Of a stretch of 64,000 bases of DNA, positions 54,200 through 63,532 are shown piece after piece (position 1 is the stretch's first letter; every line of letters starts with the position of its first letter). Below the pieces are notes generated by a model. That model was given only the letters and a program-made list of their open reading frames with translations. It searched no databases and was not told the origin of the DNA. Source of the DNA: an uncultured Thermoleophilaceae bacterium (GTDB taxonomy: Bacteria > Actinomycetota > Thermoleophilia > Solirubrobacterales > Thermoleophilaceae); contig CAWDLI010000016.1 in the NCBI GenBank assembly GCA_963803245.1, forward strand, positions 149,577 through 213,576. The letters are read 5' to 3'. Position numbers and translations under genes: made by a program.

Positions 54200-55966
54200 C
54201 TACGAGTAGAGCTCCTCGATCTCGGCCGCGTACTTCGCGGATATCGGCTTGCGCTTGAGCTTCATGGTCGGCGTGAGCTCCTCCCCGCCCGGCTCCCATT
54301 CCACGGGGAGCAGCTTGAAGCGCTTGATCTGCTCCACGCGCGCGAGCTGCTCGTTGGCGGCGGCGATCCCGCGCTCGACCTCCGCGAGCACGGCGTCCTC
54401 GCCGTTCTGCTGGATGAACGCGGGAGCCACGTCCGGATCGAGGGTGATCAGCGCCACGTTGTACGGGCGCATGTCCCCGATAGCGACCGCCTGGCCGATC
54501 AACGGGCTAGAGGCCTTCACCTTGGCCTCGATGTTGGCCGGCGACATGTTCTTGCCGGCCGCGTTGATGATCAGCTCCTTCTTGCGGTCGACGATCTTCA
54601 GGTAGCCGTCCTCGTCGAACTCGCCGACGTCGCCGGTGTGCAGCCAGCCGCCGTCGTCGATCGCCTCGCGGGTCTGCTCCTCCTGGTTGCGGTACCCGGC
54701 CATGATCATCGGGCCGCGCATGAGCACCTCACCGTCGTCGGCCAGCTTGATCTCCGCGCCCGGCGATACCGGGCCGACCGTGCCGATCTTGATGCGGTCC
54801 GGCGGGTTGCAGGTGCCGTACCCGCAGGTCTCGGACATTCCCCAGAGCTCCGCGAGCGGCACTCCGATCGCGTGGAAGAACTCGATCACCTCGCGGGGCG
54901 TGGGCGCGGCGCCCACGTTCACCGACTCGACCTCGGCGAGCCCGAGGCGCCCGCGGATCTTGGAGAGCACCAGCTCGTCCGCCTTGGCGTGCTCCGCCTT
55001 CAGCTCCTCGGAGAGCTCCTCACCGGCCTGATCGGCCTTGACCTTGCGAAGGCCCACGTCGAGCGCCCAGAGGGTCGCCTTCTTGCGCTCCTCGTCCTGC
55101 TCCGCGGCCACTCCCGCCTCGATGGCGGCCTTCAGCTTCTCCCAGATCCGCGGAACGGCGAAGAACCAGGTGGGCCGCACCTCGGGCAGGTACGCCACCA
55201 CCTGGCGCGGGTCCTGGCAGCAGGTGGTGGAGAAGCCGAGCACCATCGGCAGGTAGTGGCTGCAGGCGCGCTCGGCGATGTGCGCCATCGGGAGCCACGA
55301 GATCACGCGGCCCTCGTCCGGGAACGCGATCACGTCGTCGAAGCCGCGGACGGCCGAGAGCAGGTTCTCGTGCGTCAGCTGCACGCCCTTCGGGGGCCCG
55401 GTGGTGCCCGACGTGTAGATCAGCGTGAGCAGGTCGTCGGCGCCGACGGCGCGCCAGGCCGACTCGAAGTCGAAATCGGGCGAACCGGCAGCCTCCACGT
55501 CGGCGATCGAGAGCGAGCCCTCGGGCCCGTCGCCGTCGACCACCACGAGGTGCTCGACGCCGTCGAGGCCGGCGATCTGGTCCAAAAAGGCCGCTTCGGT
55601 GATCACGATGCGGGTGTCGGCGTCCCGCACCTGATACTGGATCTGCTCGCGGGCGTAGGTGTTGTAGATCGAGAACGGCGTGGCGCCGGCGTGCAGCGCG
55701 GCCGAGTCGAACCAGTGGAACTCGGGCCTGTTGGTGAGCATGATCCCGACCGTCCCGCCCGCCTGGAGGCCGAGCCCGGCGAGACCCGCGGTGAGCGTCC
55801 TGACCCGGTCCGCGTACTCCCTCCAGGTCATGGTCATCCCGTCGTCCTTGAGACGCAGCGCCACCCGGTCGGGATGGGCCGCGGCGGTGAGCTGGAATGC
55901 CTCCGCCATCGTCGACGCCTCAAGACCTGCCGGACGTCCGGTCCGGCGCTCCGCGGTAACGCTCAT
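54200..55966 (-). CDS. Long-chain acyl-CoA synthetase (AMP-forming)
   Basis: LIYTSGTTGPPKGV AMP motif, TGDVGEFDEDGYLKIVDRKK and PTMKLKR. Confidence 0.85.
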   Translation of the reverse strand: MSVTAERRTGRPAGLEASTMAEAFQLTAAAHPDRVALRLKDDGMTMTWREYADRVRTLTAGLAGLGLQAGGTVGIMLTNRPEFHWFDSAALHAGATPFSIYNTYAREQIQYQVRDADTRIVITEAAFLDQIAGLDGVEHLVVVDGDGPEGSLSIADVEAAGSPDFDFESAWRAVGADDLLTLIYTSGTTGPPKGVQLTHENLLSAVRGFDDVIAFPDEGRVISWLPMAHIAERACSHYLPMVLGFSTTCCQDPRQVVAYLPEVRPTWFFAVPRIWEKLKAAIEAGVAAEQDEERKKATLWALDVGLRKVKADQAGEELSEELKAEHAKADELVLSKIRGRLGLAEVESVNVGAAPTPREVIEFFHAIGVPLAELWGMSETCGYGTCNPPDRIKIGTVGPVSPGAEIKLADDGEVLMRGPMIMAGYRNQEEQTREAIDDGGWLHTGDVGEFDEDGYLKIVDRKKELIINAAGKNMSPANIEAKVKASSPLIGQAVAIGDMRPYNVALITLDPDVAPAFIQQNGEDAVLAEVERGIAAANEQLARVEQIKRFKLLPVEWEPGGEELTPTMKLKRKPISAKYAAEIEELYS

Positions 55967-55997
55967 CTGTCCTCCCTCAGGGGTACAGCGCGCGAGC

Positions 55998-57077
55998 CTA
56001 CCGCACCCGGAAGCCCTCGCCCGACAGCCTGTCGATGTCGTTCGAGAGCCCCACGAGGAACAACAGGATCACCAGCATGAAGCCGACCACGCCGGCTCGC
56101 TCCATCACGCTGAACGGCACCGGCTTGCGACGGATCTTCTCGACGATCGCCCAGAAGATGTGGCCGCCGTCGAGCGGCAGGAACGGGAACAGGTTCACGA
56201 TCGCAAGGGAGAGCGAGATGATCGCGAGGATCCACACCGTGTCGGCGATGTCGCTCAGGATCGTCTGCCGGGTGACCTCGTAGGAGCCGACCACGCCGGA
56301 GATCTCCTTGCGGTCCTGGGAGTCGAGCAGGCGCGCTGGGAGCTTGAGCGTCTCCTTGCTGATGAACCAGAAGGCGTCGGCGGTCTGGTCGAAGCCCTCA
56401 CTGATCGAGAGCGGGTCGCGCGGGCCGGGAGCGTAGGCGAAGCCGAGCCGCGTGCGCTCCGCCGCCGGGTCGTAGATCGGCGTGATCTCCACCGTCTTCC
56501 GCTCCCCGTCGCGGACCACCGTGAGGGACACCGGCTCGGTGGCCTTGCAGCCCTTCTTGGGCGGGTCCTGCGCGCACGTGTGCGAAGCGATCCGCTGCGA
56601 GAGCTGGGTCGGGGTGCCGCCGCGCCCGTCCACCTCCACGAGCCGGTCACCGGAACGCACCACGCCCGCCGCCGGATAGCCGCGCTCCACGGCCGCCACG
56701 TCCCGCGTGGTCGTCTCCGGGCCGATGAGGGTGAAGAACACGAACAGCAGCACGAAGGCGAGGATGAGATTCACGGCGGGCCCGGCCGCGATGACCACGA
56801 TGCGCTTCCAGACCGGCTGGGAGTAGTAGGCCCGGGTGCGAACCTCGTCGGGGAGGTCCTCGTCCGGGTTCATCCCGCTGATCTTCACGTAGCCGCCGAG
56901 CGGGATCGACCCGATCGCGTACTCAGTCTCCCCCACCTTCTTGCGCGCGATCAGCGGCGGGAAGAAGAGCGAAAAGCGCTCCACGCGCATGCCGACCGTC
57001 TTGGCCGCCGTGAAGTGCCCGAGCTCGTGGAAGATCACGAGCAGGGAGAACCCCACGAACGCCAGCGCCCAGCTCAC
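55998..57077 (-). CDS. rseP: Site-2 (M50) intramembrane metalloprotease RseP/Rip1-like
   Basis: HELGHF zinc motif, a PDZ-like insert and NLFPFLPLDGGH. Sits in dxr-rip synteny. Confidence 0.85.
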   Translation of the reverse strand: MSWALAFVGFSLLVIFHELGHFTAAKTVGMRVERFSLFFPPLIARKKVGETEYAIGSIPLGGYVKISGMNPDEDLPDEVRTRAYYSQPVWKRIVVIAAGPAVNLILAFVLLFVFFTLIGPETTTRDVAAVERGYPAAGVVRSGDRLVEVDGRGGTPTQLSQRIASHTCAQDPPKKGCKATEPVSLTVVRDGERKTVEITPIYDPAAERTRLGFAYAPGPRDPLSISEGFDQTADAFWFISKETLKLPARLLDSQDRKEISGVVGSYEVTRQTILSDIADTVWILAIISLSLAIVNLFPFLPLDGGHIFWAIVEKIRRKPVPFSVMERAGVVGFMLVILLFLVGLSNDIDRLSGEGFRVR

Positions 57078-58249
57078 GCGCTCACACCCTCGGCCAGCCG
57101 GCGCGTGAGCTCGCGCGCCTCGGAGTCGGCCGTGTAGAGGTCGGAGAAGTGGCGCACGGGGCGCGCGGGCAGCTCGGCGAGCGCGCGGTCGATCAGGCGG
57201 GCGATGTCGAGGAACCCGATCTCACCTTCGAGGAAGGCGTGCACGGCGATCTCGTTGGCCGCGTTGAGCACGCAGGGCGCGGTGCCCCCGGCGCGTGCCG
57301 CGTCGCGCGCGAGGGCGAGGCAGGCGAAGGTGTCGGAGTCGGGAGCCTCGAACGTCAGCGAGCCCAGCTCCACCAGGTCGAGCGCCGGCACGGGCACGTC
57401 GGAGCGCTCCGGGTGGTGAAGGGCGAACGAGATCGGGACGCGCATGTCCGGGTACCCCATGTGCGCCAGCGACGCGCCGTCGTTGAGGTGCACCAGCGCG
57501 TGGATGATCGACTGAGGGTGCACCACGACGTCGATGCGGTCGTAAGGGACCCCGAACAGGTGGTGGGCCTCGATCAGCTCCAGCCCCTTGTTCATCAGGG
57601 TGGCGCTGTCGATCGTGATCTTCCCGCCCATGTCCCACGTGGGGTGTGCGAGGGCCTGCTCGCGGGTGACGCCGCGGAGGTCGGCCTCCCTCCTCCCGCG
57701 GAAGGGTCCGCCGCTGGCGGTGAGCACCAGGCGGTCGATCGTGCCCGGGCGCTCTGAGGAGATCAGCTGGTAGAGCGCCGAGTGCTCGGAGTCCACAGGG
57801 ATGATGCGCGCGCCCGTGGCCTCCGCGAGGGCGCTCACGAGCTCGCCTCCCACCACGAGGCTCTCCTTGTTCGCGAGCGCGAGGTCGATGCCCTCCCCCA
57901 GCGTCGCGATCGTGGGCCCCAGCCCGGCCGACCCGACCAGCGCGTTGAGCACCAGGTCGCAGTCTCCGCCCGTGATCAGCTCCACGAGGCCCTCCGCCCC
58001 GCCGAGCACCTCGCCGTCGGTCCAGGCCTCCGAGGCGCGCGCCGCCGCGTCCTCGTCGGCCAGGGCTATGCGCTCGACGCCGAACGCGTGCGCTTGCTCG
58101 AGCAGGGGCTCCCAGCTGGAGCCGGCGGCCAGTCCGACCACCTCGAGCTGGTCGCTCCGCTCGACCACGTCGAGTGCCTGGGTTCCGATCGAGCCGGTGG
58201 ACCCGACGATCACGATCTTGCGCACCCGGATGAGTCTAGGACGCCGCAT
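57074..58249 (-). CDS. dxr: 1-deoxy-D-xylulose 5-phosphate reductoisomerase
   Basis: IVIVGSTGSIGTQALDV, NKESLV and DSEHSA motifs. The start is ATG 58249 or GTG 58225. Confidence 0.9.
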   Translation of the reverse strand: MRRPRLIRVRKIVIVGSTGSIGTQALDVVERSDQLEVVGLAAGSSWEPLLEQAHAFGVERIALADEDAAARASEAWTDGEVLGGAEGLVELITGGDCDLVLNALVGSAGLGPTIATLGEGIDLALANKESLVVGGELVSALAEATGARIIPVDSEHSALYQLISSERPGTIDRLVLTASGGPFRGRREADLRGVTREQALAHPTWDMGGKITIDSATLMNKGLELIEAHHLFGVPYDRIDVVVHPQSIIHALVHLNDGASLAHMGYPDMRVPISFALHHPERSDVPVPALDLVELGSLTFEAPDSDTFACLALARDAARAGGTAPCVLNAANEIAVHAFLEGEIGFLDIARLIDRALAELPARPVRHFSDLYTADSEARELTRRLAEGVSA

Positions 58250-58294
58250 AAAGGGCGAGTTAGGATTGGGCGCGGCCGGGCAGGCCGGCTCGCC

Positions 58295-60049
58295 ATGCGC
58301 TTCGGGATCTTCTACGAGCACCAGAATCCACGCCCCTGGGAGGGCGAGCGCTCCGACCACACCCTGCTCCACAACGCCCTCGCGCAGGTCGAGCTGGCCG
58401 ACCGGGTCGGGTTCGACTACGTCTGGGAGGTCGAGCACCACTTCCTCGAGGAGTACTCGCACTCGTCCGCCCCCGAGGTGTTCCTCGCGGCGGCCGCGGC
58501 CCGCACCAAGCGCATCCGGCTCGGGCACGGAATCGTCCAGATCCCGCCGGGGGTGAACCACCCCGCGCGCGTGGTCGAGCGCGCGGCCACGCTCGACCTG
58601 ATCTCGGACGGCCGGCTCGAGTTCGGCACCGGAGAGTCGAGCTCGGAGGCCGAGCTGGGCGGCTTCCTCGTCGACCGGGTGCAGAAGCGCGCGATGTGGG
58701 AGGACGCGATCGACGCGATCGCGCGCATGTTCGTGGAGGAGCCGTTCGCCGGATGGGACAGCGAGTTCTTCCGCATGCCCCCGCGCAACGTCGTCCCGAA
58801 GCCGCTGCAGCGGCCCCACCCGCCGTTCTGGGTGGCATGCAGCCGCCGCGAGACGATCCAGTTCGCCGCCCGCAACGGGATCGGGGCGCTGTCGTTCTCG
58901 TTCGTCGAGCCCGAGGACGCCGGCAAGTGGGTCAGCGAGTACTACGAGCTGCTCGACTCGGAGGAATGCGTGCCGGCGGGCTTCGCGGTCAACCCGAACG
59001 TGGCCGTGGTCCTGCCGATGATGGTGCACGAGGACGAGGCCACCGCGATCGAGCGCGGGATCGACGGCGCCCACTTCTTCGGCTACTCGCTCGCCCACTA
59101 CTACGGCATGGGCACTCACCAGCCCGGGCGCACGAACGTGTGGGAGGACTTCCTCGAGAACCGCGACGCCACCGGCTTCGCGCGCCACATCGTGAGGCCG
59201 GACGAGTCCCCGCTGGCGGTCAAGATCATGCAGGAGGGCCTGGGCTCCCTGCGTGGCGCGATCGGCACGCCCGACCAGGTGGCGGACCTGCTGAAGCGCT
59301 ACGAGGCCGTGGGCGTGGACCAGGTGATCTTCGTGATGCAGGCGGGGCCGAACCTGCACGAGCACATCTGCGAGTCGATCGAGCTGTTCGCGCGGCGCGT
59401 GGCCCCGCTGTTCGCGGAGGGCCGCGAGGAGCGCGAGCGTGCGAAGGCCGAGCGGCTGGCCGGAGCCGTGGAGCGCGCGCTGGCGCGGCGCTCCCCGCCG
59501 CGCGAGGCGCCGCCGGGATACGCGATCGACGAGCCTGCCGAGATGGCCCGCGCGGCCCGCTCCGCGCGCGCCGGTGGCCTTCGCGAGCGCGCGGTGGAGT
59601 TCGGTGACGAGGCGCGCCGGGCGCTCCAGCGCCAGACCCAGGAGGTGATCGCGCGCCTCGTGCGCGGCGCGAGCGACGAGCAACTCGAGCGTCGCTTCGG
59701 AAGCCAGCTGGCGCAGCGCGCGATCTTCACGGGCATGGCGCGCCAGTTCGAGCCGCGCTTCGCGTTCGGCTTCGAGGGCGACATCGCCTACGAGCTGGAG
59801 CACCTGGGCAACGCCGGTTCGCCCGCGCGCTGGGCCATCCGCGTGAAGGACGGCGCCGCCAGGGCCGTGCCGGGCTCGAACGGATCGGCGGCGGTGACCT
59901 TCCGGCTCTCGGTGCCCGACTTCGCGCGTCTCGTGGCCGAGGAGGCCGACCCGCAGGAGCTGCTCTTCTCCGGCCGCTTCCAGGTGGAGGGCGACCTCGC
60001 CCTGGCCGCGCGCGTGCCCGAGATGTTCGGCGCCCAGCCGCGCTTCTAG
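58295..60049 (+). CDS. Luciferase-like (LLM) flavin oxidoreductase fused to C-terminal SCP2 sterol-carrier domain
   Basis: MRFGIFYEHQNPRPW....FDYVWEVEHHF LLM N-terminus. The C-terminus ...FARLVAEEADPQELLFSGRFQVEGDLALAARVPEMF is SCP2-like. Confidence 0.8.
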   Translation: MRFGIFYEHQNPRPWEGERSDHTLLHNALAQVELADRVGFDYVWEVEHHFLEEYSHSSAPEVFLAAAAARTKRIRLGHGIVQIPPGVNHPARVVERAATLDLISDGRLEFGTGESSSEAELGGFLVDRVQKRAMWEDAIDAIARMFVEEPFAGWDSEFFRMPPRNVVPKPLQRPHPPFWVACSRRETIQFAARNGIGALSFSFVEPEDAGKWVSEYYELLDSEECVPAGFAVNPNVAVVLPMMVHEDEATAIERGIDGAHFFGYSLAHYYGMGTHQPGRTNVWEDFLENRDATGFARHIVRPDESPLAVKIMQEGLGSLRGAIGTPDQVADLLKRYEAVGVDQVIFVMQAGPNLHEHICESIELFARRVAPLFAEGREERERAKAERLAGAVERALARRSPPREAPPGYAIDEPAEMARAARSARAGGLRERAVEFGDEARRALQRQTQEVIARLVRGASDEQLERRFGSQLAQRAIFTGMARQFEPRFAFGFEGDIAYELEHLGNAGSPARWAIRVKDGAARAVPGSNGSAAVTFRLSVPDFARLVAEEADPQELLFSGRFQVEGDLALAARVPEMFGAQPRF

Positions 60050-60853
60050 TCAGACACCGACGTTGAGCCCGAGGGCGATGCCCTTGTCCGGCGAGCCCGA
60101 CCAGAAGGCGAGCTGGCCGGCGTAGCCGTCGCTGAAGACCATGTCGGTGTCGAGCGAGGTCTGGGAGAGATTCTGCACGCTCTGCTCGTACCCGCTGGTC
60201 GCGTAGACGACGTCGCACGCCTTCTTCGGCAGCGCGAGCTGGGTGGTCCGCAGCTTGGACCCGGCCGATGTGGCCGCGTCGATGCTCTCGTAGATCTCGA
60301 AGTGCATGTGCGGCCAGCGCCCGGCATAGGCCCCGGGGAAGATCGTCGTAAAGCTGAGCTTTCCGTCGCCGTCGCTCTCCTGGACGCCGCGGAGGAAGTT
60401 CTCGGAGGCCGCGTCCTGGTCGTACATCGAGTACTGGCCCTCCCTGGTGCAGTGCCAGAGGTAGACCGCGGCCCCGGCGAGCGGCTTTCCGCCGCCCGAC
60501 ACGTCGAGCAGGGTCATGTCGACCGTCGTCTTGACCCCATCGGCCGTCCCGGACGCGTCACCGAAGCTCTTCGTGATGTCGCTTCGCACGACGCCGCTCT
60601 CGGTCAGGGCATTCGGCCCGTTCGAGCCGTCGCCCGGGAAGGGGCCGGCGGTCTCCTCGGGGATCTCGCCGGCTGTCGTCTTGGTGGTGGTCGCGGTGGT
60701 CGTCTGGGTGGTCGCCTCGCCGCTGCCGGCGCTGTCGGACGATCCGCACGCCGCCACGGCGAGCCCGACCCCTCCGGCCAGAAGCCCGAGGGCGCGTCGG
60801 CGATTGATCAACAGGGGCAGGTCGTGCGCGAGTCCGCGATCGTGATCTTCCAT
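60050..60853 (-). CDS. Tat-exported intradiol-dioxygenase-like protein
   Basis: Twin-arginine signal NRRRALGLLAGG and a Thr-rich linker. YLWHCT..G.YS and GRWPHMHFEI motifs. Confidence 0.7.
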   Translation of the reverse strand: MEDHDRGLAHDLPLLINRRRALGLLAGGVGLAVAACGSSDSAGSGEATTQTTTATTTKTTAGEIPEETAGPFPGDGSNGPNALTESGVVRSDITKSFGDASGTADGVKTTVDMTLLDVSGGGKPLAGAAVYLWHCTREGQYSMYDQDAASENFLRGVQESDGDGKLSFTTIFPGAYAGRWPHMHFEIYESIDAATSAGSKLRTTQLALPKKACDVVYATSGYEQSVQNLSQTSLDTDMVFSDGYAGQLAFWSGSPDKGIALGLNVGV

Positions 60854-60921
60854 GGCGACAGCATCCTCCCGCCGGCTAAGCGGTTCCTGTCGGCTACCTA
60901 GGAATTACCTAAGACGGGCGC

Positions 60922-61647
60922 CTAGTACGAGCCGGAGGCGAAGATCGAGATCTGCTGGTCGTCCGAGAGGGCGCTGCCGAAGGGGTTGCTTGGCCCGTCG
61001 GATTCGAGGTCCACGTTGAAGCGGCGTGCCCCGGGCTTGGAGTCCCAGGCGTAGCGAGCGATTCCGTGGCTGGGGTCGCTGTGGAGCCCCAGCCAGTAGA
61101 CGCCGGGTTGGAGTTGCGCGGTCGGGGCGAGGTAGAACTGGACCCAGCGAGGCGACATGCCGGCCGGGATGTCGACCGCGAAGCTGCGCGTGACGTAGGC
61201 GCCGGGGCCCTGCGGGGTGTTGCGGTAGAGCACCGCTCTGACGAGCTGGGAGCCGCTGCTGGCGCCGCCGCCGTCGATGAAGGCATGCACCTTGCGCACC
61301 GTGCCCGGGAAGTAGAGCGTGAACGGCGAGGCGCGCTTGGTGTTCGCGCTCATGGCGCTGTAGGACGCCCCCGGGGTCCGCTTCCCGAGCAGGACCGAGC
61401 CCTGCTGCTCGGTGGCCGACAGGCTGGAGGTGAAGGTCTCCCTCAGCTCGGTGAACGCCGACGGGTTCGGACCCATGTCATTGAACTCGTGGAAGGCCTG
61501 CCCGCGGTCGACGAATACCCCCCGGGGAGTTGTGATGCTGGCGTTGTAGGCGAGGTTCACGACGGCATCGACGATGAACGCGGATGGCTCGCACAGGACC
61601 GCCCCGGCATCGGCGGCGGGAGCGGTGAGGCGCTTGGTGCCGCTCAC
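60922..61647 (-). CDS. Hypothetical protein, probably the C-terminal part of a disrupted secreted-protein gene
   Basis: High-GC3 241-aa ORF with no signal peptide of its own. Upstream pieces lie in other frames (see findings). Confidence 0.45.
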   Translation of the reverse strand: MSGTKRLTAPAADAGAVLCEPSAFIVDAVVNLAYNASITTPRGVFVDRGQAFHEFNDMGPNPSAFTELRETFTSSLSATEQQGSVLLGKRTPGASYSAMSANTKRASPFTLYFPGTVRKVHAFIDGGGASSGSQLVRAVLYRNTPQGPGAYVTRSFAVDIPAGMSPRWVQFYLAPTAQLQPGVYWLGLHSDPSHGIARYAWDSKPGARRFNVDLESDGPSNPFGSALSDDQQISIFASGSY

Positions 61648-61859
61648 CTGACCGATGGACGACTCGATGTGAACTCGGCGCTCAGAGACAGGACGTCCCG
61701 GTAGGGACTCTCGCCCGCCTGGGTCGGACCCAGGTGCATCCGGCCCCGCTCGGTGAAGCTTCCGTCATAGGGACCGGACGTCGTAGGCCGCGATATCGAC
61801 TCCCAGCTGACGTTCGCGGTGCCGTCAGGGTTGTGGGTGCAGTCAAGCGACATGGGCAC
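61644..61859 (-). CDS. ORF fragment (71 aa) upstream of and out of frame with 60922..61647
   Basis: Coding-like GC3. Its open frame extends upstream to about 61950 without a start codon. Confidence 0.3.
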   Translation of the reverse strand: MPMSLDCTHNPDGTANVSWESISRPTTSGPYDGSFTERGRMHLGPTQAGESPYRDVLSLSAEFTSSRPSVR

Positions 61860-61953
61860 CGGGAAGGGCGCGGGACCGCCGAAGGAGTCGAACCGCTCGC
61901 CGGTCAGCGTCGGCGGTGGCGCCGACCGCGAGGACGGCGGCCACCACGGCGGC

Positions 61954-61979
61954 TACGGCGCGGTACGGCGCGGTACGGC
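61954..61979. repeat. Tandem 10-bp repeat tacggcgcgg x2.6
   Basis: Plus strand reads tacggcgcgg tacggcgcgg tacggc. It lies in the signal-peptide-coding part of the disrupted gene downstream of cdsA. Confidence 0.85.
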
Positions 61980-62020
61980 ACGCGAGCAGTCTTACGCAGG
62001 ACCGCTTGCGCGGTCAACCG

Positions 62021-62845
62021 CTAGGCGTAGCCGAGCGCCTGAGCAGCGTAGTAGGCCGCGACCATCGAGAAGAACACCGCGTCGAGGCGGTCCAGCACCC
62101 CGCCGTGGGCCCCGAAGAAGGTGCCCGTGTCCTTCACGGCCAGGTCGCGCTTGACGAGCGACTCGAACAGGTCACCCACAGGCGCGGCCACGGCCACCGC
62201 GAGGCCGATCAGCAGGGCGTCCACGCCGCTGAGCCAGTCCTGGTAGAGCCCGGCGCACCAGAAGGCGAGCGTGCCGCCCAGAATCCCCGCCACGAGCCCC
62301 TCGAGCGTCTTGTTCGGGGAGATCAGGGGCGCCAGCGGCCGGCGCCCGTAGAAGCGGCCCCCGAAGTAGGCGGCCGTGTCGCCCAGGAAGGTGCCGATCA
62401 GCACGTCGATCACGAGGCCGTCGCCGTGCGGCGTCTCGCGCAGCAAAACCGCGTGCACCATCGGGATGCCCACCCAGAGCACCCCGAAGAAGCTGGCCGC
62501 GAGCGCCCACGACACGTACTGGCGGCGCGGCCGGAAGAACGAGAGCCAGAACATCAGCGGGAAGGAGGCCGCGAGCACCATGAGCACATGCCTGGGCTCG
62601 CCGTACAGGGCCGCCGCGATCAGGCCGCCGAGCGTGAGGAAGCCACCGAGGTTCACCGGCCGCACCCGCGCCATGAGCGTGTACAGCTCGCCCATGGCGA
62701 GCACGCCCAGCACGAAGATCCCGAGGGCGAACACGAGGCCGCCCTGACCCACGATGAGGAGCGCGAAGAGCGCTGCCGGGATGGCGATCAGGACCCGTGA
62801 CAGCAGGTCCGACTCCCGTGCGGGGGCCTGGCGCCGGGCGGCCAC
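62021..62845 (-). CDS. cdsA: Phosphatidate cytidylyltransferase
   Basis: Multi-TM protein with C-terminal GDLFESLVKRDLAVKDTG..FGAHGGVLDRLD signature. Confidence 0.85.
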   Translation of the reverse strand: MAARRQAPARESDLLSRVLIAIPAALFALLIVGQGGLVFALGIFVLGVLAMGELYTLMARVRPVNLGGFLTLGGLIAAALYGEPRHVLMVLAASFPLMFWLSFFRPRRQYVSWALAASFFGVLWVGIPMVHAVLLRETPHGDGLVIDVLIGTFLGDTAAYFGGRFYGRRPLAPLISPNKTLEGLVAGILGGTLAFWCAGLYQDWLSGVDALLIGLAVAVAAPVGDLFESLVKRDLAVKDTGTFFGAHGGVLDRLDAVFFSMVAAYYAAQALGYA

Positions 62846-62848
62846 GGC

Positions 62849-63520
62849 TCAGCGCGCCCCGAAGCGGCGCTTGCGGCTCGCGAACTCCTCGAGCGACTCC
62901 TCGAACGCCTCGCGCGTGAAGTCCGGCCAGAGCTCCTCGCGGAACACGAGCTCGGAGTAGGCGCACTGCCACAGCAGGTAGTTCGAGATGCGCTTCTCGC
63001 CGCTCGTGCGGATCAGGAGATCGGGATCGTGCATCTCAGGTGCGTAGAGGTGGCGCCGGAACTCGTCCTCCGACCCTCCCTGGAAGTTTCGCGCCGCGTC
63101 GAGGATCTCCGCCCTGCCGCCGTAGTCGAACGCGACGTAGAGGGTGATCCGCTCGTTCGGCGCCGTCCGTTCCTCGGCCCACTCCATCCGGTCGAGCAGC
63201 CCGGGGTCGAGCCGGTCGCGGCGGCCGATGAAGCGCATGCGCACGCCCTCGTCGTCGAGCTCGGGGGTCTCGCGGTCGATGCGCTCGGCGAACATCGCCA
63301 TCAGGCCCTGGACCTCCGCCGTCGGGCGCGCCCAGTTCTCGGTCGAGAACGAGTACACCGTCAGCTCCCGGACGCCCAGCTCGACGGCGTCCTTCAGCCG
63401 CGCCTTCACCACGTCCGCGCCCGCCTCATGCCCGTCGAGGACCGGGAGACCGCGTTGCTGTGCCCAGCGGCCGTTTCCGTCGGTGATGATCGCGACGAAG
63501 CGGGCCTCGGAGTCGCTCAC
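62849..63520 (-). CDS. uppS: Isoprenyl (undecaprenyl) diphosphate synthase
   Basis: VAIITDGNGRWA, the FSTENW motif and the RTSGE.R.SN.LLWQ motif. Confidence 0.9.
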   Translation of the reverse strand: MSDSEARFVAIITDGNGRWAQQRGLPVLDGHEAGADVVKARLKDAVELGVRELTVYSFSTENWARPTAEVQGLMAMFAERIDRETPELDDEGVRMRFIGRRDRLDPGLLDRMEWAEERTAPNERITLYVAFDYGGRAEILDAARNFQGGSEDEFRRHLYAPEMHDPDLLIRTSGEKRISNYLLWQCAYSELVFREELWPDFTREAFEESLEEFASRKRRFGAR

Positions 63521-63532
63521 GCGAGGCGCGCG

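Noticed and set aside
61954-61979. The idea that the 10-bp tandem repeat is a phase-variation switch
   Set aside because: Only about 2.6 copies are present. Copy-number change alone (minus or plus one unit) does not restore a full-length ORF. Plus one unit creates a TAG, and minus one unit still meets two further frame breaks.
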